Assembly (NCBI GenBank): GCA_019057795.1
Contig: JAHLWS010000069.1
Span: forward strand, 32,001 to 96,000
Origin: Promethearchaeota archaeon
GTDB lineage: Archaea > Asgardarchaeota > Lokiarchaeia > Sigyniarchaeales > SOKP01
Direction: 5' to 3'
DNA length: 64,000 nt
Positions 61,278-64,000 of the stretch are shown here, piece after piece; the stretch's first letter is position 1, and every line of letters begins with the position of its first letter. Position numbers and translations under genes: made by a program. The notes under the pieces were generated by a model. It was not told where the DNA came from. It searched no databases and worked only from the letters and a program-made list of their open reading frames with translations.

Positions 61278-62708
61278 TTGTCTGAAACAAAATTGTTTGA
61301 AATCTTTGTAAATAGCCTTAACTTCGATGTGAGCGAATACTTAGTCGAAGAACTTACAGAACTTCAAAAAGAAATCGTTGATGACGCAAGTTTCGTTCTA
61401 AAAGAAAACATCGTAGGAGAATTGAAATCATTTGGAGGTTCTGTTAAAAAAAATGAGGAAAAGTTCAAGGAATTAATGAAACAAGCTGAACTAGAACTAG
61501 AGAAAAATAAGTACAAAGATATTAAGAAGAATTTAAAGGATTATCTTAAAAAACTATCAGAATTGATTATTAAAACCTGTATAACAATTATTCCAGTAAA
61601 AGAATTGCCATGGAGCGATGTTGTTTTTCGAACTATTCCACGGATTACATTCGACGATAAAGTCCACCTCTTAGATAACGCAATTGCCTATTATGGTGAA
61701 ATTAATTGTTTCATTGGTAGAACAACTATCTTTGGAAAGATGAAAGATCCTTCTAGTGAACCACTCTTTGCCCCTTTCATGGGAAATATTGATTTAGGAG
61801 TATATAAGTTGGAAGAATCTCAAGATAAGCCTAAGTCTCAAGTGTTTTCTTATGTAAATGCCATTATTAATTCATTAGATTCCGCAATAACTAAAAACCA
61901 ATTAGTTAAGTATCACGAAGGATACCAAAGACATGGCGATCCAATCTGCGATTTCTTAATGAAAGATGAGGAATTGCTTAATTCCATGGGAAAAATTACT
62001 ACTGCTTTAGAATCAGAAAGAAGTAAGTCAGATATCGCAGTCTGCAGCATTGCTGTTCCTTTACCCTCCGATAAAAGAAGTTTAATTATTACTATTGAAG
62101 AAGGTCAGGGAGATAGCCGATTTGGTAATTGTTTCGAAGCTTTGTTAAAATTTTCTGCTGCGTGTTGTCAAGTGCCTTCACCAAGCCAAGAAGCTACGTC
62201 TCAAGCAGGGTCTACCCCTGGACAAACTGGAGGCCCGATTCGAACACCTGGAGGACAAGAATTAAAAGTTTGGACGGCAGAAGACCTCGCTAATGAAGCT
62301 CAAAAAAGGTTAGCGGCGCAACCAAATATCCCTTCCTGGTCAGAAGAAGAATTAACCAAACTTGCTGAAAGTCGCGGATCTGGAATTCCTGAAGGCATGG
62401 AAGTTTGGAAAGAAGAAGATTTGCTGGAGTTAGCCGAAAAAAGGCGAAGCGGAGGATTGAATATACCTGAATGGCAACCTGACCAAGATATTACAGAATG
62501 TTCTAACTGTGGATATGGTTTGAGACCTGGTTGGGCGAAATGCCCTGTGTGTGACGCTCCTGTTGGAGAAAAAACCTCTGAAGAAGATAAAGAGGAACCA
62601 AAGGAAACAGAAGAACCAGAGGAATCACTTGATGAAAATCAAAACGAAGATAAAAACCAAGAACCAGAGAGTAAGGAAGAAGAAGAAGAAGAAGAACCTG
62701 ATCTATAA
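61278..62708 (+). CDS. Hypothetical protein with Trp-anchored ~22-aa repeats, a C4 zinc finger and an acidic tail
   Basis: WTAEDL, WSEEEL and WKEEDL repeats, CSNC..CPVC and a poly-Glu C-terminus. Confidence 0.8.
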   Translation: MSETKLFEIFVNSLNFDVSEYLVEELTELQKEIVDDASFVLKENIVGELKSFGGSVKKNEEKFKELMKQAELELEKNKYKDIKKNLKDYLKKLSELIIKTCITIIPVKELPWSDVVFRTIPRITFDDKVHLLDNAIAYYGEINCFIGRTTIFGKMKDPSSEPLFAPFMGNIDLGVYKLEESQDKPKSQVFSYVNAIINSLDSAITKNQLVKYHEGYQRHGDPICDFLMKDEELLNSMGKITTALESERSKSDIAVCSIAVPLPSDKRSLIITIEEGQGDSRFGNCFEALLKFSAACCQVPSPSQEATSQAGSTPGQTGGPIRTPGGQELKVWTAEDLANEAQKRLAAQPNIPSWSEEELTKLAESRGSGIPEGMEVWKEEDLLELAEKRRSGGLNIPEWQPDQDITECSNCGYGLRPGWAKCPVCDAPVGEKTSEEDKEEPKETEEPEESLDENQNEDKNQEPESKEEEEEEEPDL

Positions 62709-62882
62709 ATAACTTCTTTAAATTTTATAAATTAGTATAAAATACTTTTTTCTATCTATTTATTAAAGGCTCAAAAGGATAAAGTTTATAAGAAAGGATA
62801 TCCGCCTAATTCCAAACTTTTTTTAAGCATTTCTTATTAACATCCATATCATACATCATAAATAAATGATTAGGAAGATTTT

Positions 62883-63914
62883 TTGTTATCAAAAATATTT
62901 TTGTTAAAACGGAAAAATTCCCATGAGCTAAACCGTTTCGATATTTATAGCTATCCCGAAGATATTTCTTCTTCTGATAACAAAGATATCGTTTCAAAAA
63001 TCATCTATGGTCACGATCACGGCTCTCTAATAGAACCTTGTAGTGAAAGCAGTAAACAATTAGATGAGTCTAATGGTATAAGCAACAATTCTAATCCGTT
63101 TGAAATTGGTAGCCCTATTCCGCAAATTATTGGCGACCAGAACATATATACCATTTGTATTAATTCAGAAATGCTAATTGGATTAATTTTTGAAAAAGAA
63201 GATAATCCTTTTGATTACAAAGAAATTTTTGAAGATTTATCGAATGAATTATTAAATACGGAGAAAAGTTGCTCTTTCGAAGATGAGATGGAAATTGAGA
63301 ATTTTTTGATAACACTTTTCATTGATATAAAAAGGTACGGGGACGAAATTCTTGAAAAAGTTACAGAAACTTCCTTCCGACCGGCAGGATTATTTACAAA
63401 AGTATTCCTATTTGGAATTGACGAAGTCGGAAAGACCTCCTTAACAAGGAGATTAAAAACCGGTCAATTTAACGATAATTTTTTTACTCCAACAAGAAAA
63501 TTCAACATAGAATACCTTCAAAAAAAGGAAGGTTTGTTGTCTTGGTGGGATATGCCTGGACAATCTTTATTCAGAAAAAAATGGCTAATTGGCCTACAAG
63601 ACTCAAATATCATAGTTTACATGATAGATATAGCTAATCAATTACGATTTGAGGAGTCTAAAAAAGAATTTTGGGACATTATAACGCGAAATGGTATAAA
63701 AGACATCCCACTCTTGATTTTAGGTAATAAAGTTGATTTGATTAATAACCTTAATCACGACAACAAAGAACCGCTTGAGAGGATAAAAAAAGAAATTATT
63801 GAATTTTTTGAGTTTGATAAATTACCTAATTGGGAATTTTTGTTTACCTCTGTTAAAACTAATTATAATATTGAAAAATTATTAAATTCAATTTTCACCT
63901 TAATTTCAACTTAA
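62883..63914 (+). CDS. Arf-like small GTPase fused to an N-terminal ~170-aa (longin/DENN-like?) domain
   Basis: G1 GIDEVGKT, G2 TPT, G3 WDMPGQ, G4 NKVD and G5 TSVK. Confidence 0.9.
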   Translation: MLSKIFLLKRKNSHELNRFDIYSYPEDISSSDNKDIVSKIIYGHDHGSLIEPCSESSKQLDESNGISNNSNPFEIGSPIPQIIGDQNIYTICINSEMLIGLIFEKEDNPFDYKEIFEDLSNELLNTEKSCSFEDEMEIENFLITLFIDIKRYGDEILEKVTETSFRPAGLFTKVFLFGIDEVGKTSLTRRLKTGQFNDNFFTPTRKFNIEYLQKKEGLLSWWDMPGQSLFRKKWLIGLQDSNIIVYMIDIANQLRFEESKKEFWDIITRNGIKDIPLLILGNKVDLINNLNHDNKEPLERIKKEIIEFFEFDKLPNWEFLFTSVKTNYNIEKLLNSIFTLIST

Positions 63915-64000
63915 TTAATCTAACAATAATTTGTATCATCATCATTAAATTTATATCTTAACCAAATAAATTTCTATTATTATTATTAAAGATGTAAGAT

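Noticed and set aside
904-62997. Numerous 60-176-aa ORFs antisense to or overlapping real genes (e.g. 904..1149, 21118..21504, 38633..39022, 44648..45178)
   Set aside because: They are shadow ORFs of well-supported genes and carry no motifs.
1-64000. CRISPR array, tRNA/rRNA genes, transposases or integrases
   Set aside because: I saw no regularly spaced repeats, no GC-rich structural RNA segments and no recombinase motifs by eye. Short RNAs could have been missed without a covariance search.

Overview
This is an AT-rich (roughly 30% GC by eye), gene-dense archaeal window. The gene set points to Asgard archaea of the Lokiarchaeia type (inference): RadA, tRNA splicing endonuclease, A/V-type ATPase, an Arf-like small GTPase fusion, a MEDS-PAS histidine kinase and Loki-style RHH and zinc-ribbon proteins. 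Left to right it holds: an FGGY kinase / Fe-S oxidoreductase / alkyl-DHAP-synthase-like operon; a UDP-GlcNAc cluster (glmM, nagB-like, glmS, two GlmU-related genes); a sensor kinase; a GH13 enzyme; a 2-hydroxyacyl-CoA dehydratase locus interrupted by a four-gene module; an A/V-ATPase operon (K-C-H-F-E-A-B-D-I) followed by a membrane zinc-ribbon gene and a second A subunit; endA; tandem MEMO1 genes; radA; an alpha-glucan/sugar-nucleotide cluster; and a Trp-repeat zinc-finger protein next to the GTPase fusion. The four-gene module encodes an ATP-grasp ligase, an ornithine-racemase-like PLP enzyme, a B12-binding protein and an opine dehydrogenase. It is the best candidate for an undescribed system, and it is bounded by a displaced 3' gene fragment and carries exact direct repeats. 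Other highlights are a second ATPase A subunit with GER->GEP at the catalytic site, probable ACG/ATT initiation codons in several conserved genes, and several paralogues with degenerate active sites. I saw no rRNA, tRNA, CRISPR array, transposase or integrase. All family calls come from motif recognition, not database searches.
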